A DNA stretch of 64,000 nt, from NCBI GenBank assembly GCA_965203355.1, contig OZ241889.1, positions 1,696,001-1,760,000 on the forward strand, in the 5' to 3' direction. The stretch is from Candidatus Latescibacterota bacterium. GTDB lineage: Bacteria > Latescibacterota > UBA2968 > UBA8231. Below, in pieces: positions 18,960 through 28,711 of this stretch. The notes beneath the pieces were generated by a model. That model made no database searches. It was not told the DNA's origin and saw only the letters and a list, made by a program, of their open reading frames with translations. Within the stretch, counting starts at the first letter, position 1. The number at the start of each line of letters is the position of its first letter. The translations under genes and the position numbers were made by a program.

Positions 18960-19706
18960 ATGAAATATCTCGCTTTCCCGCTCGCCCTGTGCATCGCCGC
19001 CTGCGCCAGTACGCCGCCCGAGAAACTCCAAGGCGCGGATTACTACTTTGAAAAAGGCCAAGAGGCCATGGAGAAAAATCGCTGCCTGGAGGCCTCCGAG
19101 CACTTCAAGCGTCTAGTCAGCAACTTTCCCGGCTCGCGCCGGGTGGCCGAAGCGCAGTTCCGCCTCGCCGAAGCGTACTTTTGCAGTCGCGATTGGGTCA
19201 ACGCCGCCTTTGAGTACCAGCGCATCGTCGATATTTACCCGTCTAGCGAGTGGGCGGTTGAGGCGCAATTCAAGATAGGCGAGTCGTACTTCAAGCAATT
19301 GCGCCGCCCCGAGCTGGACCAAAGGGAAACCTTTGAGGCGCTGACGGCTTTCCGCAATTTTGTAGATGAACACCCGGACTCGCCCTTGGCGGGACAGGCG
19401 CGGCAGCGCATTGTCGAGTGCCGGAGCCGCCTAGCGCAAAAGCAATACCTAAGTGGCCGCCTGTACCACAAACAAGGGCATCTCGACGCGGCCAAAATGA
19501 CCTACGAAGAGGTTTTGCGCGAGTACCCGGATGTCGGCGAGTGGTATTACACCACGCTTTTCCGCATGGGCGAAATCGCCCGCGAGCAAGGCGATGTGGA
19601 TTTAGCGGTGCGCTATTGGAAGGAAATACTGCAAGACAGCGGCGATCCAGAATTGGTGGAGGGTGTGCAAAAGCACCTGTCCGGGCTGGGCCAATCGCCG
19701 GGCTAA
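18960..19706 (+). CDS. bamD: outer membrane protein assembly factor BamD
   Basis: Lipobox, TPRs, ELDQRETFEALTAFRNFVDEHPDS...RLAQK. Confidence 0.85.
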   Translation: MKYLAFPLALCIAACASTPPEKLQGADYYFEKGQEAMEKNRCLEASEHFKRLVSNFPGSRRVAEAQFRLAEAYFCSRDWVNAAFEYQRIVDIYPSSEWAVEAQFKIGESYFKQLRRPELDQRETFEALTAFRNFVDEHPDSPLAGQARQRIVECRSRLAQKQYLSGRLYHKQGHLDAAKMTYEEVLREYPDVGEWYYTTLFRMGEIAREQGDVDLAVRYWKEILQDSGDPELVEGVQKHLSGLGQSPG

Positions 19707-19708
19707 AA

Positions 19709-20296
19709 ATGCGGCGCATCGGCGTCATCGGCGGCAGCTTTGATCCCATCCACCACGGCCACCTGCTCTTGGCCCGCTTCGCCTTAGAGCAAATCCCCCT
19801 CGACGAAGTGCTCTTCATGCCAGCAGCCGATCAGCCGCTCAAGCAGGGTGCGCACGCGTCGGCCGAGGAGCGTTGGACCATGGTCGAACTAGCCGTGGCT
19901 GACTGCGCTGATTTTGCAGCCTCGCGCTTGGAGCTAGATCGCCCGGGCAAGTCCTATACCGTCGAAACCTTGCGCCTACTACACCAGCTTCATCCCCAGG
20001 CCGCGCTGTTTTTCATCATCGGCGCGGACAACATCGCCCAGCTCGACGCTTGGCACGATCTCGAGGGCATTTTGGCCCAGTGTACAGTGGTGGTGGGTGC
20101 GCGTCCGGGCGAGCTGGCGGGGAGCGACCCCAAGCTGCTGGCCCGTCTGCGCTTCATCGACACCCCACTCATCGAGCTGTCATCGACCGAGATTAGGACG
20201 CGCCGGGTTGCGGGTCTGTCCATCCGCTACATGGTGCCCGCAGCGGTCGAGGCCCACATACTTGCGAAAGGATTGTACGCCGCCCCGTGTTCATGA
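19709..20296 (+). CDS. nadD: nicotinate-nucleotide adenylyltransferase
   Basis: GGSFDPIHHGHL, SYTVETL, FIIGADN, SSTEIR. Confidence 0.95.
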   Translation: MRRIGVIGGSFDPIHHGHLLLARFALEQIPLDEVLFMPAADQPLKQGAHASAEERWTMVELAVADCADFAASRLELDRPGKSYTVETLRLLHQLHPQAALFFIIGADNIAQLDAWHDLEGILAQCTVVVGARPGELAGSDPKLLARLRFIDTPLIELSSTEIRTRRVAGLSIRYMVPAAVEAHILAKGLYAAPCS

Positions 20297-21461
20297 CGCA
20301 TCTAGAATGTTCCCGGACGGGTGTGCACTACGACGCCGACGTGTTGCAGAACCTGTCGGAGGTCGGTGCGCCCCTCCTCGCCCGCTACGACTTGGACCGG
20401 GCCGGCCGGGCGTTGACCCGCGCCGCACTCAGCACCCGCCCACCGACGATGTGGCGCTACCGAGAAGTCATGCCCATCCGCACGCCGCCGGAAATCGTCT
20501 CGCTCGGCGAGGGCTGGACCCCGCTGCACTGCGCCGACCGCTTGGGCCGCTGGGCGGGCTTTGCCCAGCTCTACGTCAAGGACGAATCGCCCAATCCCAC
20601 TGGCTCCTTTAAGGCGCGCGGTCTCTCGGCTGCCGTCACTTGTGCCCGGGTGCGCGGCGCGAAAAAGCTGGCCATCCCCACCGCGGGCAATGCCGGTGGT
20701 GCGCTGGCGGCTTACGCGGCTGCTTGTGGCCTACCGGCGATTGTCTTCATGCCCCGCGACACGCCGCTGGCCTTTGTCGCCGAGTGCCGGTCTTGCGGGG
20801 CTGAGATCGAACTGGTTGACGGGCTAATTAGCGATTGCGGTCGCCTCGTCGGCGCGCGCAAGGAAGCCGAGGGGTGGTTTGAGGTCTCGACTCTGAAGGA
20901 GCCGTACCGCATTGAGGGCAAGAAAACGCTGGGCTACGAGCTGGCCGAGCAGATGGAATGGTCCTGCCCGACGTGGTGATTTACCCCACGGGCGGGGGGA
21001 CGGGGCTGATCGGGATGTGGAAGGCATTTGCCGAGATGGAGCAACTCGGCTGGATTGGCCCGCACCGGCCGCGGATGATCTCGGTGCAGGCCGAGGGCTG
21101 TGCGCCGATTGTGCGGGCTTTTGCCCGCGGCGATGAATCCGCCCAAGCGTGGGAAGACGCGCACACCGTGGCCTCGGGCCTGCGCGTCCCCAGTGCGGTC
21201 GGCGACTTTCTCATGTTGGAGGTGCTGCGGGAAAGCGGCGGCACGGCTGTGGCCGTCAGCGACGAGGAGTTGATCGCGCACTCGCACGGCATGGCGGCCC
21301 ACGCGGGCATTTTCCCCGCACCCGAGGGCGGGGCCACGTTAGCGGCCCTAATCAAGCTCAAGGAGGAAGGACTCGTGGCCGCGGACGAGCGCGTGGTGCT
21401 GTTCAATACCGGGTCGGGCTACAAGTACTTGGAGGCTCTGGCCGAGGGGTTCGCACCTTGA
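20293..21461 (+). pseudogene. thrC: threonine synthase, frameshifted near 20960 (real lesion or sequencing error)
   Basis: LGEGWTPL, NPTGSFKARG, GNAG in the first frame; LPDVVIYPTGGGTG and FNTGSGYKY in the next frame; one base missing at TGG^TCC. Confidence 0.8.
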
Positions 21462-21525
21462 CGAGGGCGCGGGAGGCGTCTATTTTATAACGCTTTATTG
21501 CGGTCCCACCGGACCGCTTGCTGAT

Positions 21526-21602
21526 GCACCCATAGCTCAATTGGATAGAGCACCTGACTACGGATCAGAAGGTTCGGGGTTCGAGTCCCTGTGGGTGCGC
21601 CA
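21526..21602 (+). tRNA. tRNA-Arg (ACG)
   Basis: GCACCCATAGCTCAATTGGATAGAGC, anticodon loop CTACGGA, CCA end; TTGACG-17-TATTTT promoter upstream. Confidence 0.95.
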
Positions 21603-21607
21603 TTTCC

Positions 21608-21649
21608 AAAAGCCCCCGTGCCAAATTTTCCGGCACGGGGGCTTTTCTT
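21608..21649. terminator. bidirectional intrinsic terminator
   Basis: AAAAGCCCCCGTGCC-loop-GGCACGGGGGCTTTT between tRNA-Arg and a convergent gene. Confidence 0.85.
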
Positions 21650-21709
21650 GGCAAGCGACTGCGCCGCCCCAATCGCGGCATTTCCACCGGCGATACTTTA
21701 CCATAACCG

Positions 21710-23092
21710 TCAGACAATCTCCACGCCCCAGAAGCCCAACATGGGCAAGAATCGCTCCATGTCCGCTGGCACGGTCGCTGGATTTTTGCCGTAGCCGCCG
21801 TGGACCCTCGCCGCCCCTTGCAAGGGGCGCTCCAAGACCAGTTCGACGCGGTGATCTTGGGGATAGATCACCGCTGTGACTGGCACCTCGCCAGCCGCAT
21901 CCTCGACCCGGAAGCTATTGGCCGCTAGGTCGATGCTGTCCATGCGGCTCTCGACGGCAGCAAACGCCAGCTCGACGCGGCCCTCTCGCCGCCGGGCCGC
22001 CGCTAAATCCGGTGCCTGCCAAGCTACGGCCCGCCCATAGACCAGCCCCAAAGCCGCCTGCGCCAACCGCTCGCCCAAGAGCATGTTGCCAGCGGGACTG
22101 GTGTGGATCAGATCCGCAAGCGGCAAGTCGAGTGCGGGCACCACGCCTACGCCCGGCACTTGTCGCGCCACTTGCCGCTGGGCCTCGCGCACCTGGCTCC
22201 AGCGCCGATCGGCATCCGGATCGGCGGGTTGGTACACGCGATTTAGCTGCACGGTGAGTACCGGTAACTCCGCGTCGGCAAGGGCCTCCCGCCAAGCGGC
22301 GACTGCTTGCTGGAAACGCTGCGCGTAACGGGTCGCGTCCGCGTCGGTCCCGGCATCGCTTTCCCCTTGGTACCACACAATTCCCCGCACCTTTCCCCCG
22401 ACCTTGTCCACGCACTGCACCATATTGTCGAACAGGTCCGCCGCGCCAGCCTCGCCGGGATTCCAGCGAGTGAGCGGAGAGCCGCCCAACGCCGTCTGGA
22501 CCAAACCCACCGGGTGCGCGAGCATCCTTTTGAGCGTGCGGCCAAATTGCAGGTAGGGCGAGTGCCCGAGGTTGGCGGCCTCGCGGTTCACTGGGTGTTG
22601 GGTATGGGTCGATTCGTTCATCGGATGCGCCGCCAGTGCCCAGTGCTCGCTGTTCCTGAACAGGTGGACTCCCAATTCTACTGGATCCTCGTACGGCCCG
22701 CGTCCGTAGCCGGCCGAATTGCTCTGCCCGGCAATCACCCACAAATCGCCTATTCCCAAAAAGTGCCGCATATCCCCGCGCGGCGACCATTCTCCAGCCG
22801 GATTGTCCGTCGTCCGCAACCGCGTCTCCAGCCGGTAAAGCCCGCCTGCGGGTATGTGTTCCAAAGCACCTTTCCAAGTACCATCCTCGGCTGTTTGCAC
22901 CGCCTGCCAGTCCAAATGGGCCGCAACCGCTACCCCGGTATCCTCCCACACCAAGCGCACCTCCACTTGTCCAGAAGTTTCGAACTTCCACCGGCCTGCT
23001 AGCTCAATCTTTCCTTCCCCACGCTCGTCCTGCTGGGCGATCTGCCAGTCCGCTGGCCCTTGTTCAATGATTGCACCGATTTGCTCTGCCAT
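21710..23092 (-). CDS. sialate O-acetylesterase (SASA/SGNH) family protein
   Basis: IAGQSN, WYQGESD, DLIH motifs. Confidence 0.85.
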   Translation of the reverse strand: MAEQIGAIIEQGPADWQIAQQDERGEGKIELAGRWKFETSGQVEVRLVWEDTGVAVAAHLDWQAVQTAEDGTWKGALEHIPAGGLYRLETRLRTTDNPAGEWSPRGDMRHFLGIGDLWVIAGQSNSAGYGRGPYEDPVELGVHLFRNSEHWALAAHPMNESTHTQHPVNREAANLGHSPYLQFGRTLKRMLAHPVGLVQTALGGSPLTRWNPGEAGAADLFDNMVQCVDKVGGKVRGIVWYQGESDAGTDADATRYAQRFQQAVAAWREALADAELPVLTVQLNRVYQPADPDADRRWSQVREAQRQVARQVPGVGVVPALDLPLADLIHTSPAGNMLLGERLAQAALGLVYGRAVAWQAPDLAAARRREGRVELAFAAVESRMDSIDLAANSFRVEDAAGEVPVTAVIYPQDHRVELVLERPLQGAARVHGGYGKNPATVPADMERFLPMLGFWGVEIV

Positions 23093-23218
23093 TCGACCTC
23101 TTTTCGCTGAGAAACGCGCCTTCGCCAGCCCCTAATTTGCCCAATGATCCGCTGCCCGTGCAAGTTTCCCCCAATTCGCTTGGCTCCTCGTGGATTGCCG
23201 ACGATTGCGGTCCTATCC

Positions 23219-23668
23219 TCACTCCTCGGGTCGCCTGATGCGGGCTACTAGCTTCATCAGGGCGAGTCGCTCAAAATCGCGCGGGTCGTCGGTGCGAATT
23301 AGAAAATCCCCCTCCACGCGGCGCGTTTCCCCGGCCTGGAGGACGACCGGCTGTCCAAGCGGTATAAACGCGTCGATTAGAAATTCATCTTGATCGAAAA
23401 ACCGCAAGTCGTAGCGCACCCACACCGTGGTTTCGCCGATATTGCGAAATACGGCCGCAAAGGCTCCCTCGAATTCCGCTATGGTCCCGAATCCCGGCTC
23501 GGGCAAAAACGGCCACCAAGTCAAGCTGTCGATCGACACGCTGCCCGCCAATCCCGCATCCTCGACAAACGCTACCTCGCTGCGCCGGGCTTGTACTGCG
23601 CCGCTTGGTCCGTCCGCTGTAGCAAAGCATCCGCCTAGCAAAAGTACTAGGGCGATTCCCATGCTCAT
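23219..23668 (-). CDS. hypothetical lipoprotein (FxLYD-like beta domain)
   Basis: LLLGGC lipobox; YDLRFFDQD, LQAGETR. Confidence 0.6.
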   Translation of the reverse strand: MSMGIALVLLLGGCFATADGPSGAVQARRSEVAFVEDAGLAGSVSIDSLTWWPFLPEPGFGTIAEFEGAFAAVFRNIGETTVWVRYDLRFFDQDEFLIDAFIPLGQPVVLQAGETRRVEGDFLIRTDDPRDFERLALMKLVARIRRPEE

Positions 23669-23728
23669 GGCTTGATCCTAATGCTCGGTTTGCGTCTGTG
23701 TTTCTTCGTGGTGTTCTTTAATAATGCT

Positions 23729-25825
23729 ATGAAAAAAAACAAGTTAATCCAGTGCCTAAAGCTAATCCTGATCGCCGCAACGGCGCACGCCGACGATTCC
23801 ACACCCCGCTACGAAATGCCCCCCATCGACATCACGGCGACGCGTGCCCCCCGCGCGGGATTTGACCTGCCGCTCGCCGCGGCCGTGGTCGCGGATGTCG
23901 GGCGCGCCCGGCCCGGGCTCTCGCTGGCCGAGTCGCTGCGTCCGGTGCCCGGGCTGTTTATCGCCAACCGCCACAACCTTTCCCAAGGCGACCGGCTCAG
24001 TGTGCGCGGGTTAGGGGCGCGGGCGGCTTTTGGCGTCCGCGGGGTCAAGGTCTTGCTCGACGGCATCCCTCTGACCATGCCCGACGGTCAGAGCCAGCTC
24101 AACAACCTCGACTTGGGGTCGGCCGGCCGCATCGAGATTCTGCGCGGCCCTAGCGCTTCGCTATACGGCAATGCGGGCGGCGGCGTACTCGCGGCCCATA
24201 CCCAAGCGTCGGCAGCGGTTGCTTGGCGCGTGGAGCCGCGCTTGATCGTCGGTAGCAACGGTCTGTTCCGCGCACAGACGAGCCTTGCGGGGCGCGCGGA
24301 GAACACCCATGCGTTCGCCAGCTTGTACGACTTGCACAGCGAGGGCTACCGCGACCACGCCGACGCCCGCGCCCGCGGTCTCAACGCACGAGTCGGCCAC
24401 GCCCTCACCCCCCATACTGAGTTGACGCTCCTGCTGCATTGGTACGATGCCCCGTACTTGTTCAATCCGAGTTCACTGAATGCGGACGTGGCCCGAGATG
24501 CGCCGCGCAGTGCGCGTGGGTTTGTGGTCGGGCAGGGGGCATCCAAGCAGGTGCGTCAAGGTCAAGGCGGCATTCGTCTTGAATATCGCCCGCCACACGC
24601 GCCATACCACCGGGCGTCGAGCCTCGTGTTGTACGGCGTTGACCGCGCGCTCAAAAATCCCATTCCGGGCCGCATTGTCGAGCTGGACCGCCGCGCTGGT
24701 GGCCTGCGTACTGAGCACCAGTTTGCTTGGGCGCGTACGCGCTTGGTGACCGGCCTCGACTTGGACTTCCAGCGCGACGACCGCCGCGAGTTCATCAACG
24801 AGGGCTTGCCCGAGGGCGAGCGGGTGGACGACGAGCGCGTCTTCGAGCGGGTGCAATACGGCGCGGAGCAGGTGGATCAGGAGGAACAGGTACAGAGCTT
24901 CGGCCCCTTTGTCTCCTTGGAGCAGGACTTGGGTGATGCGCTGACGGCGACCGTCGGCGGCCGCTACGACCGCTATCGCTTTGCTGTGGACGACCAGTCG
25001 CGCGCCATGGATCAGTTCAGTCCGATGGTGGGCGTGGTGTACCGCCTCGATCCCTTTTCGCGCTGGTACGCCCATGTTGCCACGGCTTTTCAGACGCCTA
25101 CCACCTCTGAGTTGGGTAATCGGCCCAGCGGCGAGGGGGGCTTCAACCCGGAGCTAGGCCCTGAGCGGGTCCTCGGATTGGAGACGGGCTTGCGCCGCCA
25201 CGTGCGCCGGGCGCACTTGGACTTGGAGGTGGCCCTGTACCAACTCCAGATTGCCGACGCGCTGATTCCCTTTCAAATCGAGAGCGAAGACAGCGAGGAG
25301 ATTTACTTCCGCAACGCGGGCCAAGCGCGCAATCGGGGGTTGGAATTTTCGCTGTCGGCGGTGCCGCATCCTCGGCTGCGAGCCACCTTCGCCTATACTT
25401 TTGGCGACTATGTTTTCGCGGACTACGAGGTTGAGGCCGGGGACGAACTTGTTCAGCTTGCCGGCAACGAGGTGCCGGGTGTACCGCGCCATCGGCTCTT
25501 CGCCGCGCTGAGCTACGAGAGTCCACAGGGCCTGTTTACCGAGGTTGAGTTAGAGCGGGTTGGCCGCTACTGGGCCAACGATTTCAACGGCCCGCCGCCC
25601 GGCCGTGAGGCCCCGCCCACCGAGTTTTTCAACCGTGCGTATCTACGGGTTGATCTGCGTTTGGGGATTGGCTATCGCGCCGTGCGGTCCTTTGTCGCGG
25701 TCGAGAACCTGTTTGCCGCCCAATACAACGGCTCGGTGGTTCCCAATGCCTTTGGCGGGCGCTTCTTTGAACCGGCTGCGGGCCGCACTTGGTGCTTGGG
25801 GATTAGTGCTGAGGTTGGTCCCTAA
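23729..25825 (+). CDS. TonB-dependent receptor
   Basis: ITATR, plug domain SVRGLGAR..DGIP, RIEILRGPSASLYGN, beta-barrel, FEPAAGR near C-terminus. Confidence 0.9.
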   Translation: MKKNKLIQCLKLILIAATAHADDSTPRYEMPPIDITATRAPRAGFDLPLAAAVVADVGRARPGLSLAESLRPVPGLFIANRHNLSQGDRLSVRGLGARAAFGVRGVKVLLDGIPLTMPDGQSQLNNLDLGSAGRIEILRGPSASLYGNAGGGVLAAHTQASAAVAWRVEPRLIVGSNGLFRAQTSLAGRAENTHAFASLYDLHSEGYRDHADARARGLNARVGHALTPHTELTLLLHWYDAPYLFNPSSLNADVARDAPRSARGFVVGQGASKQVRQGQGGIRLEYRPPHAPYHRASSLVLYGVDRALKNPIPGRIVELDRRAGGLRTEHQFAWARTRLVTGLDLDFQRDDRREFINEGLPEGERVDDERVFERVQYGAEQVDQEEQVQSFGPFVSLEQDLGDALTATVGGRYDRYRFAVDDQSRAMDQFSPMVGVVYRLDPFSRWYAHVATAFQTPTTSELGNRPSGEGGFNPELGPERVLGLETGLRRHVRRAHLDLEVALYQLQIADALIPFQIESEDSEEIYFRNAGQARNRGLEFSLSAVPHPRLRATFAYTFGDYVFADYEVEAGDELVQLAGNEVPGVPRHRLFAALSYESPQGLFTEVELERVGRYWANDFNGPPPGREAPPTEFFNRAYLRVDLRLGIGYRAVRSFVAVENLFAAQYNGSVVPNAFGGRFFEPAAGRTWCLGISAEVGP

Positions 25826-26768
25826 CCGTACTCGCGGTCTTCCGCAAGCGGCACGCGAAAAACCCCTCCATTCCCCCCAGCGGCAAAATTCGCTTGGCCC
25901 GCTGCACCTGTGCGTCAAACGCCTTCCCTCGCCACTCGCTCAAGCCCGACGTCACATTGGCAAAAGGCAGGGCGATGTCCTCAATGGTTAGGGCACCGGC
26001 GAACTGCCGCAGCACTCGGTTGATGATGGCCTCGTTTTCTTCGGGCGCGAAGGTGCAGGTCGCATAGACCAACACCCCGCCCGGCTTGAGGCATTGTATG
26101 GCTGCGTAGCAAAGCCGCCGCTGTTTACGGCTGGACTCGGCGATCTTCTTGGTGCTCCAATAGGCATAGGTTTTGGGCGCGTCGGCGCGGAATCGCCCTT
26201 CGGAGGAGCACGGCGCGTCGAGGAGCACGCGGTCGAAGTGCTCTGGATGGCGACGCCAGAAGCGGGTTCCGTCGGCGAGATGGGTTTGCACGTTTTCGGC
26301 TCCGTGCCGCGCCAGATTGTCCCGCAGGCGAAAGAAGCGGCCGCGCACGGACTCCACGGCCCAGATGTGCCCTTGGTTGCCCATCTGCTCGGCGAGTTGC
26401 AAGGTCTTGCTGCCCGGAGCGGCCCCGAGGTCGAGAATGCACTCCTCGCGTTGCGGTGCCAAGAGAAGCGGGGGCACCATGCTGGAGGGGTTTTGGATGT
26501 AGAGCCGGCCTTCGCGATAGGCCGCGCATTCGGTGAGGGCGCGGCGCTGAGCGGCCGGGACGACAAAGGCGTTGGCCTTCCAAACGAGCGGCGTCAGGGC
26601 AAAGTCCGCGGCCGCTAGCTCGGTAGCGAGTGCATCCGGCGTGCCCTTGAGTGCGTTGGCGCGGAAGGCCGTGGGCTGCTCAGCGGCCAAGCTCTGCCAA
26701 CAGGCGGCAAAGTGCTCGGCTGGCAGAATGGCCTGCAAACGGGCGCGAAAGGCTTCCGGTAGCGGCAC
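25803..26768 (-). CDS. RsmB/NOP (RsmF-like) RNA cytosine C5-methyltransferase
   Basis: LDLGAAPGSKT, LLDAPCS, YATCTFAPEENE; probable GTG start at 26768. Confidence 0.85.
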   Translation of the reverse strand: MPLPEAFRARLQAILPAEHFAACWQSLAAEQPTAFRANALKGTPDALATELAAADFALTPLVWKANAFVVPAAQRRALTECAAYREGRLYIQNPSSMVPPLLLAPQREECILDLGAAPGSKTLQLAEQMGNQGHIWAVESVRGRFFRLRDNLARHGAENVQTHLADGTRFWRRHPEHFDRVLLDAPCSSEGRFRADAPKTYAYWSTKKIAESSRKQRRLCYAAIQCLKPGGVLVYATCTFAPEENEAIINRVLRQFAGALTIEDIALPFANVTSGLSEWRGKAFDAQVQRAKRILPLGGMEGFFACRLRKTASTVRDQPQH

Positions 26769-26773
26769 GGCAG

Positions 26774-27601
26774 CTAGGCCTTTGGGGGCACCTTGTCGCC
26801 GGTCGGCACGGGGTGGCTGAGCCAGTAGCCGCTCGGGTCGGTACCGCGGCAAATATAGCCGTGGGCGCGTTCTGCGCGGGTGCGCACCTCGGGCGGCATG
26901 TAGCGCAGGGTCAGGCCGCAGCGGCGGCGCGTGGAGCGGTTGGGGGCCGAGCCGTGTAACAGCAGGTCCGTGTGTAGGGACATCTGACCGGCGCGCAGGG
27001 TAAAAGCCACTGGCTCGCCGCCCCATTGAAGCGGATCGCGGACGCTCTGTCCCAAGACGTTTTGCTCCTCGGCTGTGCTGTGCTCAAAAGGAATCTGCCC
27101 GTGCAAATGCGAGCCGGGGACGACGGTCATTGGCCCGTTTTCTTCGTCCACATCGTCGATGGCCAGCCAAGCGGTCACCACCTTGCTTGGGGTCAGCGGC
27201 CAGTACGAGGCGTCTTGGTGCCAGACTACCTGTTTTTGGTCGCCCGGCTCCTTGCAAAAGTAGTGGGTCATAACGCTGACGAGATTGGGGCCGAGGAGGT
27301 CTTCGACGCAATCGAGAATGCGCGGCTCGTGTAGCAGGTCGTAGATGCCCCGGCAGTGGCGATGCCAGCCGTTGATCGAGTAGCTGTTGTGTCCGTTGGC
27401 CTTGGCTTCGGCCATGAGCGCGTCGAAATAGCGACGATTGGCCGCTGCTTCCTCGGGCGTGAACACGTCCAAGGGGCAGAGGTAGCCTTGTTCGTTGAAC
27501 TGGCGGATCTGAGCGCGGGTGAGCTTTTGCGGGTGGTCGGTGGTCGCGCTAAAAAATTTGAGCACGCGCTCCATGTCGGGCAGGGCGTCGGCGATGGGCA
27601 T
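26774..27601 (-). CDS. phytanoyl-CoA dioxygenase family protein
   Basis: WHQDASYW, VVPGSH, LHGS.PN..RRCG. Confidence 0.88.
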   Translation of the reverse strand: MPIADALPDMERVLKFFSATTDHPQKLTRAQIRQFNEQGYLCPLDVFTPEEAAANRRYFDALMAEAKANGHNSYSINGWHRHCRGIYDLLHEPRILDCVEDLLGPNLVSVMTHYFCKEPGDQKQVVWHQDASYWPLTPSKVVTAWLAIDDVDEENGPMTVVPGSHLHGQIPFEHSTAEEQNVLGQSVRDPLQWGGEPVAFTLRAGQMSLHTDLLLHGSAPNRSTRRRCGLTLRYMPPEVRTRAERAHGYICRGTDPSGYWLSHPVPTGDKVPPKA

Positions 27602-27688
27602 GGCGTTCTCCTGTTGAGTTGAGGGCCCCGGGGGGAAAGCTCTATTTTACGACGCGCAAATTTTACGCAAACCAACAAGGAGCACAAA

Positions 27689-28711
27689 ATGACTCAGTAC
27701 AAAGCCGGTGTGATCGGCTGCGGCAAGCGCGGCCGCGCCCACGCCGAAGGCTACCAAGCCGCCACCCAAGCGGCCATCGCAGCCTGTGCCGATCCGGTGG
27801 GAGCGGCCCGCGCGTCCTTTGCCGAGGACTTTGCCGCCGGATCTTCATACGAAGATTACCGCGCCATGCTAGCAAGCGAAGCCCTTGATGTGGTGAGCAT
27901 CTGCACGTGGACCGGCCTGCACCGCGAGATGGTCGAAGCCGCCGCGGCCGCTGGCGTCCAAGCCATCCACTGTGAAAAGCCCATGGCCAGTACGTGGGGC
28001 GATGCCAAGGCACTGGCTCGGGCCTGCGCCGACCGCGGCGTACTGCTGACCTTCTGCCACCAGCGCCGCTTTGGCGCGGCGTTTGTCAAGGCCAAAGAGT
28101 TGCTCGACGCAGGAGCCATAGGCACCCTCCAGCGGCTCGAAGGTGCCTGCTCCAACCTATTTGACTGGGGCACGCATTGGTTTGACATGTTCTTCTTTTA
28201 CAACGACGAGATACCGGTCGAATGGGTCATGGGCCAGATTGCCGTCGAATCCGAGCACTCGGTGTTTGGCGTGCCCTTAGACACCAGCGGCCTGTCGTGG
28301 ATCCGCTGGCAAAACGGCGTCGAGGGCCTGCTCGGCACCGGAGCGGCACACGTGCAAGGTCCGCGCAACCGCCTCATCGGCAGCGAGGGCATCATTGAAG
28401 TCGGCGGCGCCGAGCGCGCACCACTGCGGCTGTTGCGCTCCGGGGCGGCGTGGCAGGACTTTGCCGAGGCCGAGATCGCCGATGTCGTCCCACCGGGCGG
28501 CGACACCGTGCTGTCGGTGCTCGACCTGATCGCCTGTCTCGAAAGCGGTGCGGAGCCGCGCTTGTCGGCGCGCAAGGCCCTGCAAGCGACCGAACTGATT
28601 TTTGCCACCTACGAGTCGAGCCGTCGGCGCGGACGGGTGTTGCTTCCGCTCGATGCCGAGGACTCGGCCCTGATTACCATGCTACAAGAGGGGCAGGTCG
28701 GGCCGGGTTAG
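27689..28711 (+). CDS. Gfo/Idh/MocA family oxidoreductase
   Basis: VIGCG, HCEKPMA, DWGTHWFD. Confidence 0.88.
   Translation: MTQYKAGVIGCGKRGRAHAEGYQAATQAAIAACADPVGAARASFAEDFAAGSSYEDYRAMLASEALDVVSICTWTGLHREMVEAAAAAGVQAIHCEKPMASTWGDAKALARACADRGVLLTFCHQRRFGAAFVKAKELLDAGAIGTLQRLEGACSNLFDWGTHWFDMFFFYNDEIPVEWVMGQIAVESEHSVFGVPLDTSGLSWIRWQNGVEGLLGTGAAHVQGPRNRLIGSEGIIEVGGAERAPLRLLRSGAAWQDFAEAEIADVVPPGGDTVLSVLDLIACLESGAEPRLSARKALQATELIFATYESSRRRGRVLLPLDAEDSALITMLQEGQVGPG

Noticed and set aside
19418-19708. N-terminal extensions in the ORF track for nadD (also rsmF-like 26769-27026 and ferredoxin 30262-30447)
   Set aside because: They overlap the upstream gene; downstream starts match family lengths
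20950-20970. Programmed -1 frameshift in thrC
   Set aside because: No slippery X XXY YYZ heptamer or obvious stimulatory structure
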